Shown here: piece after piece, positions 19,506-27,999 of the stretch | Layout of the letters: the number at the start of each line of letters is the position of its first letter | Numbering within the stretch: the stretch's first letter is position 1 | Assembly: GCA_038845265.1 (NCBI GenBank) | Contig: JAWBQR010000001.1 | Coordinates: 96,001-160,000 of the forward strand | Length of the DNA: 64,000 bases | Source of the DNA: Nitrososphaerota archaeon | GTDB taxonomy: Archaea > Thermoproteota > Nitrososphaeria_A > Caldarchaeales > Calditenuaceae | Direction of reading: 5' to 3' | The notes under the pieces: model-generated | Seen by the model: only the letters and a program-made list of their open reading frames with translations | Database searches by the model: none | Told to the model about the DNA's origin: nothing | Program-made: the position numbers and the translations under genes

Positions 19506-20330
19506 TTATGATTTCACTGCGCCCATGGTTAATCCCTTGATTAGGTATCGTTGTACAAAGGTTATGAATATGAATGCAGGTATCATCGAGATTGTCGTTA
19601 TTGCAGCCATTATGGGCCAGTCTAGTTTATGTGTACCTGAAAGTGCAGTTATTAGTACTGGGACTGTTCTTGCGTCCCTCGATGTCAGTATGAAGGCCAT
19701 GAGGAATTCATTCCAAGCCAAGACAAATGTCAATATGCTCGCCGACGCTATCATTGGTACAGAATTCGGTAAAATTATCCTGAAGAGAGCAGTTGTTTTC
19801 GTCGCACCATCAATAAGTGCTGATTCTTCGAGCTCTTTTGGAAGCTCCTCAAAAGTGATCTTGAGAAGCCAGGTAGTAAATGGAATTGCAAAGACTAAGT
19901 ATGTGATGGCTACCGCCCAGATCGTATCAATAAGTTTTAGATAATACATAATTATGAAGTATGGTACGATCACAGCGAATGCCGGAGCCATCCTGACGGA
20001 TATTATCCAGAAGCCGAGGTTTTTTCCAACAGGATTATTCAGTCTTGATAATGAATATGCAGCAGGAATTGCTAAGATTAATGAGACAGAGACAGTTATT
20101 GCAGATATTACTAAACTGTTCATGAATGCCCCCATGAGTTGGCCACCAAAGAATAGTCTTCTATAGTTGTCGAGAGTTGGCTCAAAGATTAATGGAGGAG
20201 GAATTAAGAATATCTGGTACATCGTCTTAAACGACGCAATCACTAGCCAAGCAATCGGGAACACGACCAATAAACAAGCCATTATTGCCAATGCATATAA
20301 TATTGCAAGTTTTAGGTTGTTTTGATGCAT
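19506..20330 (-). CDS. Carbohydrate ABC transporter permease (MalG-like)
   Basis: EAA loop ELEESALIDGA, AWNEFL, 6 TMs. Confidence 0.93.
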   Translation of the reverse strand: MHQNNLKLAILYALAIMACLLVVFPIAWLVIASFKTMYQIFLIPPPLIFEPTLDNYRRLFFGGQLMGAFMNSLVISAITVSVSLILAIPAAYSLSRLNNPVGKNLGFWIISVRMAPAFAVIVPYFIIMYYLKLIDTIWAVAITYLVFAIPFTTWLLKITFEELPKELEESALIDGATKTTALFRIILPNSVPMIASASILTFVLAWNEFLMAFILTSRDARTVPVLITALSGTHKLDWPIMAAITTISMIPAFIFITFVQRYLIKGLTMGAVKS

Positions 20331-20337
20331 CCCTGGA

Positions 20338-21186
20338 TCACCTGCTGATTGACCTTATCAAGGGCATACTCAGGAACATCACTATTAATAGCAACAGTAC
20401 ACCGATCGCAGATGCTGTACCTACGTCAAAGTAGTAGAAGCCGATCTTCCAGCCGAGCATTGGCAGAGTATGTGTCGCCATTCCCGGGCCTCCCTTTGTC
20501 ATCACGAATATCACGTCAAAACTATTAAACGCATCTATTGTCCTCAGAATCGCCGCCACGGTTATCGGCTTCTTCATGTTTGGTAAAGTTATCGACTTGA
20601 AGATCTGCCAACTCCCTGCACCGTCTATCTTGGCAGACTCATAATAGACTGGAGGTATTCCTGCAAGACCTGCAATAAATATGAGGAATGGTAGCGGTGT
20701 TTTTCCCCATATATCTGCGAGGATTACTGAGACTAATGCAAGAGTGGGATCTCCGAGTAGGCTCAAGTCTCCGAGCCCGATCAGCCTCATAAAGTATGCC
20801 CCTATCACACCAACCTCACTGCTGAGCAAGAATTTCCAAGTGAAGCCAACAACAACTGGCGGTAAAACTATAGGCAAGACGATTATCGTCCTCATAATTC
20901 TTTTTCCTTTCAAATTCTCACTAAATAACAATGCTAGTCCTAGCCCTAAGAGGAGTGAAAAGACTACTGAGGCAGCACTGAATACCAGCGTCACGAATAA
21001 GGAAGTAACAAAGTCAGAGGATTGTAAGAGCTTGATGTAATTCTCAAGCCCCGCAAAGGATGGTCCGGTCGGGTCTCTAAGAAACCATCTGAGAAAACTT
21101 GTGTAAAATAGGTAAAACGTAGGTGCAGCAACTAGAAATGCCAGTACACTTACAGCAGGTAACAATAATTTGTATTCATCTCGCAA
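20338..21186 (-). CDS. Carbohydrate ABC transporter permease (MalF-like)
   Basis: FAGLENY, YESAKIDGA and FDVIFVMTKGGPG. Confidence 0.93.
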   Translation of the reverse strand: MRDEYKLLLPAVSVLAFLVAAPTFYLFYTSFLRWFLRDPTGPSFAGLENYIKLLQSSDFVTSLFVTLVFSAASVVFSLLLGLGLALLFSENLKGKRIMRTIIVLPIVLPPVVVGFTWKFLLSSEVGVIGAYFMRLIGLGDLSLLGDPTLALVSVILADIWGKTPLPFLIFIAGLAGIPPVYYESAKIDGAGSWQIFKSITLPNMKKPITVAAILRTIDAFNSFDVIFVMTKGGPGMATHTLPMLGWKIGFYYFDVGTASAIGVLLLLIVMFLSMPLIRSISR

Positions 21187-21244
21187 TTTATCTCTACACC
21201 ATCTAAAAAATAATAAATAATTAATTAATGTATTTTTGTGATTT

Positions 21245-22789
21245 TTATTTGTAGTATCCTCTGCTTGTCATTAGGTCTGTGGCCCATTTTTGAAGCTCTG
21301 ACAATGCTACTTCCACAGTCTTGGCTCCAGCGACTACTTCAGAAGCCGTTGTGCCTATCTTGTCCATGAATAGGTCGAGCTCAGGGATGTATGGGAAGTA
21401 TATTGCAGGATTCTCCAGCACTGACCGCTCGTTGAGTTCTATCTCTTCAATCCCATACTTCTTTATCAGTGGATATGAATACAAGACAGACCTCATAGTT
21501 ACGTTGGGCCATCCTGTCCTCTCTGCAAATGCCTCCATCGATTTACGACCAGTCAAGTAGGTAAGCACTCTCCATGCGGCTTCTTTATTCTTTGAGAACT
21601 TGTTAATCCCTAGAGAGAACGTCCAATAACTGTTTATCCTCTTTTTACCCGGACCGAATGGAGTTAACATGAACTTTGTATACTTCTTTACATTTTCATC
21701 CTCTGTTATGCCAAGTGCGGCATAGCCATTAATGGCTGAAGGCATTAGGATTGCTGCCTTACCCACTGCATATGTATTCATCATATCGACCCATGTATGA
21801 GTCGATGCACCTGGTGGACAGAACCTCTTCGCCCAGTCTGTGAATGCTCTAAACCCAGCCTCAAAGTCTGATGAGTCGAAGATTGGCTTGGCCTTCTTGT
21901 TCTTTATTTCTCCCGGCCAGATCGCGCCTCCTTCAAACCAAGCGGGATATCCTGCATATGCATATATGAAGCCTGCCAAGTCTAGGGTAGGCTCCTCCCC
22001 TGGGCCCGCTCTCATTGTCAGTGGATACACATCCGTTATCCCATCCTTTCTCAATCCTTCGAGGATTTTCTCCATGGCTATCTCGAGGTCATCCGTAGTC
22101 CAGTTCTCCTTGGGGAGATCTGCTCCATACTTCTCGAATAAGTCACGTCTATAGATTACTCCTGGTCCGAAAGAGTAGTAAGGCAACGCGTATAGTGTCC
22201 CCTCTATTCTATTGGCGTCCAGGAATGATGGATATACATCGTTAGGGTCAAAGTAATCCTGTGGATATTTGTTAAAGTATTCATCTAATGGATCTAGGTA
22301 TCCTGCATATCCGTATGCCTGCACTGCACCGTCGCTTCCCACTAGAATAATATCGTATTTACCTACCTGAGCCATGACATCCGCTGCCACCTTCTCCCTT
22401 ACGGCCCATTCATCACCCCATTCAATAGTAACATCAACATTCTCAGCATTCTCGAATCTCTTCAATACATCCGTCTCAGTAGTTCCGTCTGAGCCGAAAA
22501 GCTCCGGCCAGGCGAATCCTTGAGCAAAGGCTATGACGTTTATCTTGACCTTCTCTCTGGGCGGAGCTGTTACATACTGAGTTATCGTTCTCTCAACTGT
22601 TGCAGCTGCCTGAGTCACAGTAGTCGTCACTGTCCTGCCTGGCTCTCCGACTGTCTGAGTTACTGTTCTGACTGCCGCCTCTGGCTTTGCGACCCACCCT
22701 ATCGCTGTACCTACTGCTAATCCACCTATGAGTCCGCCGATTGTCCCAAGCATAGCCCTACGTGATAACCTCTTCTCAATTTCTGACAT
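21245..22789 (-). CDS. Carbohydrate ABC transporter substrate-binding protein with Tat signal
   Basis: SRRAML twin-arginine signal, Thr/Val-rich linker, LYALPYY, YRRDLFEK and KNKEAAW. Confidence 0.9.
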   Translation of the reverse strand: MSEIEKRLSRRAMLGTIGGLIGGLAVGTAIGWVAKPEAAVRTVTQTVGEPGRTVTTTVTQAAATVERTITQYVTAPPREKVKINVIAFAQGFAWPELFGSDGTTETDVLKRFENAENVDVTIEWGDEWAVREKVAADVMAQVGKYDIILVGSDGAVQAYGYAGYLDPLDEYFNKYPQDYFDPNDVYPSFLDANRIEGTLYALPYYSFGPGVIYRRDLFEKYGADLPKENWTTDDLEIAMEKILEGLRKDGITDVYPLTMRAGPGEEPTLDLAGFIYAYAGYPAWFEGGAIWPGEIKNKKAKPIFDSSDFEAGFRAFTDWAKRFCPPGASTHTWVDMMNTYAVGKAAILMPSAINGYAALGITEDENVKKYTKFMLTPFGPGKKRINSYWTFSLGINKFSKNKEAAWRVLTYLTGRKSMEAFAERTGWPNVTMRSVLYSYPLIKKYGIEEIELNERSVLENPAIYFPYIPELDLFMDKIGTTASEVVAGAKTVEVALSELQKWATDLMTSRGYYK

Positions 22790-22853
22790 GGCGTAATTAC
22801 GCATGAATTTTCTTCTATAAAAACTTTTATAATAATAATCTGATTACTCAGAT

Positions 22854-23855
22854 GTGGTTGATTTGATTAGGTTTGGCGTTATTGGTCTAGGCGATTTTGG
22901 GGAGAGACATGTTCAAGCACTGAAGAGTATCGCTGGGGTTGAGGTTGTGGCCGTTTGTTCACGTACCCGGAGCCGTGCAGAAGAGGTAGCGAGGAGATAT
23001 GGCGTGAAGAAGTGGTATACGGATAGGGAGAAGCTCGTGAGGGATGATGAGGTGGATGCAGTCACGATTGCGACTGCTGACGATGATCATGTCGAGCCGA
23101 CAATTCTCGCAGCTGAGGCCGGTAAGCCGGCTCTCCTTGAGAAGCCTATGGCGACAACTCTTGAAGACGCTGACAAGATAATCAGCGCAGTTAAGAAGAG
23201 CAAAATAATCTTCATGGTTGGACACATATTGAGATTTGATAAGCGCTATAGAACTGTCTGGAAGATGGTTAGGGAGGGACGGCTTGGAAGGATCGGCTCG
23301 ATGTATGCCCGCAGAATAGGGAGGCAGAAGGCTGCAGGCATCTTTCTTAACAGGGTCTCGGCTCCAGTCCAGACAGGAGTACATGATATCGATATTATTA
23401 GATGGATAACAGGAAGAGAGGTGGTTCAGGTCTCAGGCTTCGCTGCCAGAAGAATGAATTATAAGTATCCTGACATATTCTGGACCGTCATGAGGTTTGA
23501 CGACGGAACTCTAGGAATCGTTGAGAATGGATTTATGCTTAGTGACAATTATCCACACTTCATTGATTCTCAGCTAGAAGTCATTGCTGAAAAAGGGACC
23601 ATACATATATTGACTCCTGGCGAGTACTTTTCGATTTACAGTACTGAGGGTGTCGACAAGCCTGACGTGACTTACTGGCCGAAGATGAATGGGCATGCCG
23701 AGGGGGCGCTTAAAGACGAGCTAGAATACTTTGCTAGATGTGTAAGAGAAGGACGACAACCAGAGGTTATTCCAATCGAAGACGCGAGAAGAGCACTGGA
23801 GATCGCGATCATGGCCATGAAATCCGCTGAGCAGGGGGCTACATTGTCCATATAG
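22854..23855 (+). CDS. Gfo/Idh/MocA-family oxidoreductase
   Basis: GVIGLGDFG, LLEKPMA, VGHILRF and GVHDID. Confidence 0.92.
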   Translation: MVDLIRFGVIGLGDFGERHVQALKSIAGVEVVAVCSRTRSRAEEVARRYGVKKWYTDREKLVRDDEVDAVTIATADDDHVEPTILAAEAGKPALLEKPMATTLEDADKIISAVKKSKIIFMVGHILRFDKRYRTVWKMVREGRLGRIGSMYARRIGRQKAAGIFLNRVSAPVQTGVHDIDIIRWITGREVVQVSGFAARRMNYKYPDIFWTVMRFDDGTLGIVENGFMLSDNYPHFIDSQLEVIAEKGTIHILTPGEYFSIYSTEGVDKPDVTYWPKMNGHAEGALKDELEYFARCVREGRQPEVIPIEDARRALEIAIMAMKSAEQGATLSI

Positions 23856-24001
23856 ATTGCAATTGATTCTTTGATGCAGAAAGGCAATCTATTCTATCTC
23901 CCAAGATGCACAAATATGTTGCATAAGTATGTGAATCAGACCTTTATTTTTTATGTGGTAAGGAGTGAGAGTATCCAGAATTAAAAAAGATTGTTAGAAT
24001 C

Positions 24002-25315
24002 TTACCTCGAGATTTCTTCTAGTGTTTTACCTTTAGTCTCTTCTCCTATTATCGCAGTAATTATACCGGCCAATAGATGGGCCAGGGCAAATACCACGAA
24101 TGCTAAGAGGAGTGCCCCACCACTAACTTCGAAGAGGTACCCAGTGATAGAGGGCGCGAGGATGCCTGCAAGTCTGCCTATACTTGCTGCAGTTCCTGAA
24201 CCTGTACCCCTGAGTTTTGTGGGATAGAGCTCTGGAGTATATGTGTATAGTCCGGCCCATGCGCCTAGGTTGAAGAAAGATATCAGGGCACTATACAGTA
24301 GTATTAGCTCTAGTTGATTTGTAGAGGCTAGCAATAGGCATCCAAGTCCAGCAACTACTAAATACGATACGAGAACGCCCTTTCTACCTACCTTATCTAG
24401 AATCAGAGCAGCACTATAATACCCAGGAACTTGAACGAAAGTTATTATCAATACCCACTCCAGGCTCTTAACTACTTCGTATCTGAAGAGACGCGCATAG
24501 ATGTCTGGAAGCCATGTAAAGATTCCATGATAAGTGTATACTAAAACTGCCCAGAGTATCCAGAGCATGATCGTCCTCTTAAGATACATGTCGGAGAAAA
24601 GTGTAGTTATTGGTACTTTTTCTTCTTTCGCCACATCAATACTGATTCTCTCAACATCTTTAACTAAATTATATTTTACAAGTATGTTCTTGATATCGTT
24701 CAGCTTCTCTTTCTTCTCCAGGAATCTAAGAGATTCAGGAGCATAGTATGCGATTGCAGGTATCAATAGCAGGGGGATGTAGGATATTGTGAAGACGGCT
24801 CTCCACCCTATCTGAGGCATGATTATTCGAGCCAATATTATGCCTAGGAGCACGCCCCAAACCCACGCAGTCTCGACTATTCCTACAAATCTTCCACGAT
24901 ACTTTGCAGGAGGATACTCCGACATGTATACTCCAGGGAGTGGAAGAGTTCCTCCCAATCCTATTCCTGCAAGTATTCTGAAGATTGACATGGACCAGAA
25001 ATCCCATGTAACTCCGCACAGACCTGTAAAGACCGAGCCGACCAAGATCATGACGATCATGGTATATTTTCTGCCTATCCTATCAGCTATCAATCCGCTA
25101 AATATTGCTCCGAGGAACATCCCAACATATCCGAAGCTTAGCAGGTATCCAGCCTCTGTCAAGCTTAGCCCCCATTCGGCTCTAATCGCCGGTAGGAGAA
25201 GACCTATCAACATTACATTCATGGCAGTCAATCCATATGCCAGCGAGGCTATAGTTAGGAGGACGTAATGAAATCTACTCAACTTAAGGTCTTCAAGAAT
25301 CTTTACTACGCTCAC
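24002..25315 (-). CDS. MFS transporter
   Basis: GLIADRIGRK motif A, YMSEYPP..RG, YTPELYPTKLRGTG, ETKGKTLE; 12 TMs. Confidence 0.93.
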   Translation of the reverse strand: MSVVKILEDLKLSRFHYVLLTIASLAYGLTAMNVMLIGLLLPAIRAEWGLSLTEAGYLLSFGYVGMFLGAIFSGLIADRIGRKYTMIVMILVGSVFTGLCGVTWDFWSMSIFRILAGIGLGGTLPLPGVYMSEYPPAKYRGRFVGIVETAWVWGVLLGIILARIIMPQIGWRAVFTISYIPLLLIPAIAYYAPESLRFLEKKEKLNDIKNILVKYNLVKDVERISIDVAKEEKVPITTLFSDMYLKRTIMLWILWAVLVYTYHGIFTWLPDIYARLFRYEVVKSLEWVLIITFVQVPGYYSAALILDKVGRKGVLVSYLVVAGLGCLLLASTNQLELILLYSALISFFNLGAWAGLYTYTPELYPTKLRGTGSGTAASIGRLAGILAPSITGYLFEVSGGALLLAFVVFALAHLLAGIITAIIGEETKGKTLEEISR

Positions 25316-25501
25316 TTCTACACATCCCTCTTCTACTTCAAGACGGAAGATACGTAGTCAGGATTTATTATACATGGATTTATTGGCAATAATTGACAGA
25401 AGTTTCTATTGATTGGTAATAGATTGCCACATTTTATCTATTTAATGATTTTTCAGTTAGCTATGTTTATAGCCTCAATGTCTAGGCATTATTCATAAGG
25501 G

Positions 25502-26524
25502 ATGAGACTGGTCTTTAGAGTAGCTTCTGGTACTGGGCCGGCGACAAAGGAGGTCTATAAACTACTCAATGACCTGAAGCTCGATTCACCGGTCGTAACT
25601 ACTCTAGTCGGATACAGCATCGAAGATTCAGACATCGTAATCGTGGTTGGAGATGATAAGACAATCCTTAGGTCAATATTTGAGTTGGGGAATAGGGGGG
25701 TTCCAGTGCTTGGTGTCAGTGAGGACCCTACGAGGGGCTTCTTATCTCAATGTACCATAAATGAGCTGAGATATGCAATCAATAATATTCAGAAGGGAAT
25801 GTATTCCGTTGAGGAAAATACTAGACTCGAAGTCAGGGTTGATGATGACAAGGTGGTTCCAGCAGTTAATGAGGCAGCTATATTCCCCCACATTAGCGCT
25901 ACCTTGATGGAGTATACATTATCGATTAATGATGAGATGATTTGGCGAGATTATGCAGATGGAGTAATAATAGCTACACCGCTAGGGTCCAGTGCATATT
26001 CGCTCTCAGCTGGAGGCTCATTAATTCATCATGACGCACCAGTATTTGAGATAGTGCCCGTCAACTCTATAGACATTACTAGGAGACCATTAATCGTTCC
26101 TAATAATTCCGTCATCACGATCGATGGTGTATCTTCAAGGCACGGAGTCGAAGTCGTAATTGACGGCCTCGCGAGACTACCAGTCAAGGAGAGAATAGCG
26201 ATTACTAAGAATGAGGTGCCTTGCAGATTTATACATGTGGACGGGCCATCGTCTATCTTGAGCAAGATCGAGAAGAAGATTCATTTGGCTGAGGAGCTCC
26301 TCCGAATACCACCATCAGCTAAGCTAATCATTAAGATATTAGAATATGAGGGGCCCCTAACCTATAGAGACCTCGTTAAGAGAACAATGTTGCCTGAGAG
26401 AACTATACGTCACGCATTGAATGTATTAGTCTCGCGCAGGCTCGTTGCTAAGAAGCCATTGCTCAGAGATGCGAGACAGAAGTTATACTATTTACCAACT
26501 CATCTCTCTAGCTTTAATCGATGA
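25502..26524 (+). CDS. NAD kinase-family protein fused to a C-terminal winged helix-turn-helix
   Basis: AVNEA and ADGVIIATPLGSSAYSLSAGG. The GGDG motif reads VGDDK. The C-terminus PPSAKLIIKILEYEGPLT...DARQKLY is a wHTH. Confidence 0.85.
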   Translation: MRLVFRVASGTGPATKEVYKLLNDLKLDSPVVTTLVGYSIEDSDIVIVVGDDKTILRSIFELGNRGVPVLGVSEDPTRGFLSQCTINELRYAINNIQKGMYSVEENTRLEVRVDDDKVVPAVNEAAIFPHISATLMEYTLSINDEMIWRDYADGVIIATPLGSSAYSLSAGGSLIHHDAPVFEIVPVNSIDITRRPLIVPNNSVITIDGVSSRHGVEVVIDGLARLPVKERIAITKNEVPCRFIHVDGPSSILSKIEKKIHLAEELLRIPPSAKLIIKILEYEGPLTYRDLVKRTMLPERTIRHALNVLVSRRLVAKKPLLRDARQKLYYLPTHLSSFNR

Positions 26525-26578
26525 AATGGTCTCTTGAGAAGCAAGATATATTTAATCCCCGATGACTAATTATTCTTG

Positions 26579-26639
26579 GTGATGATACCGACCTGCACTG
26601 AGAGCCATCGGCTCTTTGAAGAGCATGTCTCCTCGCTGA
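26579..26639 (+). ncRNA. C/D-box guide sRNA
   Basis: Box C GTGATGA, 12-nt guide TACCGACCTGCA, box D' CTGA, hairpin GAGCC-ATC-GGCTC, box C' TTGAAGA, 13-nt guide GCATGTCTCCTCG, box D CTGA. A TATA-like ATATATTTAAT lies about 25 nt upstream. Confidence 0.8.
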
Positions 26640-26659
26640 ATAGTGGTCGGTGAGCCTGA

Positions 26660-26938
26660 ATGATCTTCGAATTTTTTGGCCCAGCCAGGTCATATGCTGG
26701 ACTAAAGTCACTTACTGTTAAGATTAATGAGCCACTCTTTCTTAGAGAGGCTTTGAAGCTTCTTCCAGAGCCCATCAGAGGATTAATTATAGATGAGGAG
26801 GGAAATGTCAGGTCCGGGATGTTGATTCTTGTAAATGACGTGGATGCTCGTAGTGTCTATGGATTTAACATACAGGTAAGGGATGAGGACAAAGTCACCA
26901 TTATACCTTTGATTCATGGAGGAGTTTTGTCTTGTTAG
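26660..26938 (+). CDS. Ubiquitin-like MoaD/ThiS/Urm1-family protein (SAMP-like)
   Basis: FFGPAR, LILVNDVD and DEDKVTIIPLIHGG, followed by the extension VLSC. Confidence 0.88.
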   Translation: MIFEFFGPARSYAGLKSLTVKINEPLFLREALKLLPEPIRGLIIDEEGNVRSGMLILVNDVDARSVYGFNIQVRDEDKVTIIPLIHGGVLSC

Positions 26939-27471
26939 TCTCTAGGTACAGGGAATACTGCATGGCCGTCGTTATTGTTGACAATATAGTGAATGACCCA
27001 TTTGAGGTCGTCGAGAAATTCATACCTACGGATGAATTCTCAGTCCAGTTTATTGATCCTCGGAGCATCTATACTTATCGACAGTTAATCGTGGGATTTA
27101 TGGGTGCAGTAGATGCCTATCGAGTAAATGGGCAGCGAGCAAAGAAATTTGAGGTCGAGTTTCTGCTGAGGTTCTCTGGAAAAACCCAGATCAATGAGGC
27201 GATCGAGGCAGTTGGTTATAGGAAGGGAGATAGGAGTGTCTGCGTCTGTGTATTCATGAAGGATGAGAGTAAGATTGGAGAGGTGGTTCAGAAGATTGCA
27301 GAGCATCTCGGCGGAACGATCTCCGAGGAGATAGAGAGGGGGACCCTTAAAAATGTCCTAGAGCTTTATGGCATCTCCATTAATGAGTTAGAAGTTCTTG
27401 CGCCTTCCCGCGAGGTGAAGCCTGGCGAGTTGCTGATACTGGAGAGAATAGCTATGAGTGGCCTAGCATGA
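26932..27471 (+). CDS. cgi121: KEOPS complex subunit Cgi121
   Basis: AKKFEVEFLLRFSGKTQINEAIEAVG and C-terminal LILERIA. Confidence 0.85.
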   Translation: MLVSRYREYCMAVVIVDNIVNDPFEVVEKFIPTDEFSVQFIDPRSIYTYRQLIVGFMGAVDAYRVNGQRAKKFEVEFLLRFSGKTQINEAIEAVGYRKGDRSVCVCVFMKDESKIGEVVQKIAEHLGGTISEEIERGTLKNVLELYGISINELEVLAPSREVKPGELLILERIAMSGLA

Positions 27472-27529
27472 CTCTACTGATGATATCTTTAAATCGCTCT
27501 CTGGAATAGTTAGATGCTGATATTAAGAA

Positions 27530-27976
27530 ATGGCGCGGATGCATGCGAGAAAGAGGGGTAAGTCGAGGTCCAATAGGCCCTTAAGCAAAGATTCTCCAGA
27601 GTGGGTAAAGGTCACGCCGGAGGAGGCCGAGGCCCTCGTAGTCAGGCTGGCTAAGGAGGGGACGCCTCCAAGTAAGATTGGAGTAATTCTAAGAGATATT
27701 TATGGGATACCGCTCATAACCCAAGTAACTGGAAAATCAATTACCCAGATACTTCAGGAGAATAATCTTTTGCCAGAGATACCGGAGGACCTGGCTAACT
27801 TGATCGAGCGGGCTAGACGGATGCAGCTACATCTATCAACTCACAGGTCTGATAGATACAACAAGAAGCGGCTCCAGCTGGTCGAGGCTAAGATCCATAG
27901 GCTCGTCAAGTACTACACGAGGATCGGAAGAATACCTAAAGACTTTAAGGTAAAGACGCTTTATACATATGCCTAA
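27530..27976 (+). CDS. rps15: 30S ribosomal protein S15 (uS15, S13e-like)
   Basis: MARMHARKRGKSRS, PSKIGVILRD, IPEDL and LVEAKIHRLVKYY. Confidence 0.97.
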   Translation: MARMHARKRGKSRSNRPLSKDSPEWVKVTPEEAEALVVRLAKEGTPPSKIGVILRDIYGIPLITQVTGKSITQILQENNLLPEIPEDLANLIERARRMQLHLSTHRSDRYNKKRLQLVEAKIHRLVKYYTRIGRIPKDFKVKTLYTYA

Positions 27977-27999
27977 TCAATTGTGAAGTGCTCTGATGT

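Noticed and set aside
26514-26775. Two short minus-strand ORFs
   Set aside because: They overlap the C/D sRNA and the Ubl gene and have no protein features.
27477-27520. Second C/D-box RNA (TGATGA...CTGA)
   Set aside because: It has no convincing C'/D' boxes, and the interval looks like the rps15 promoter (TTTAAAT).
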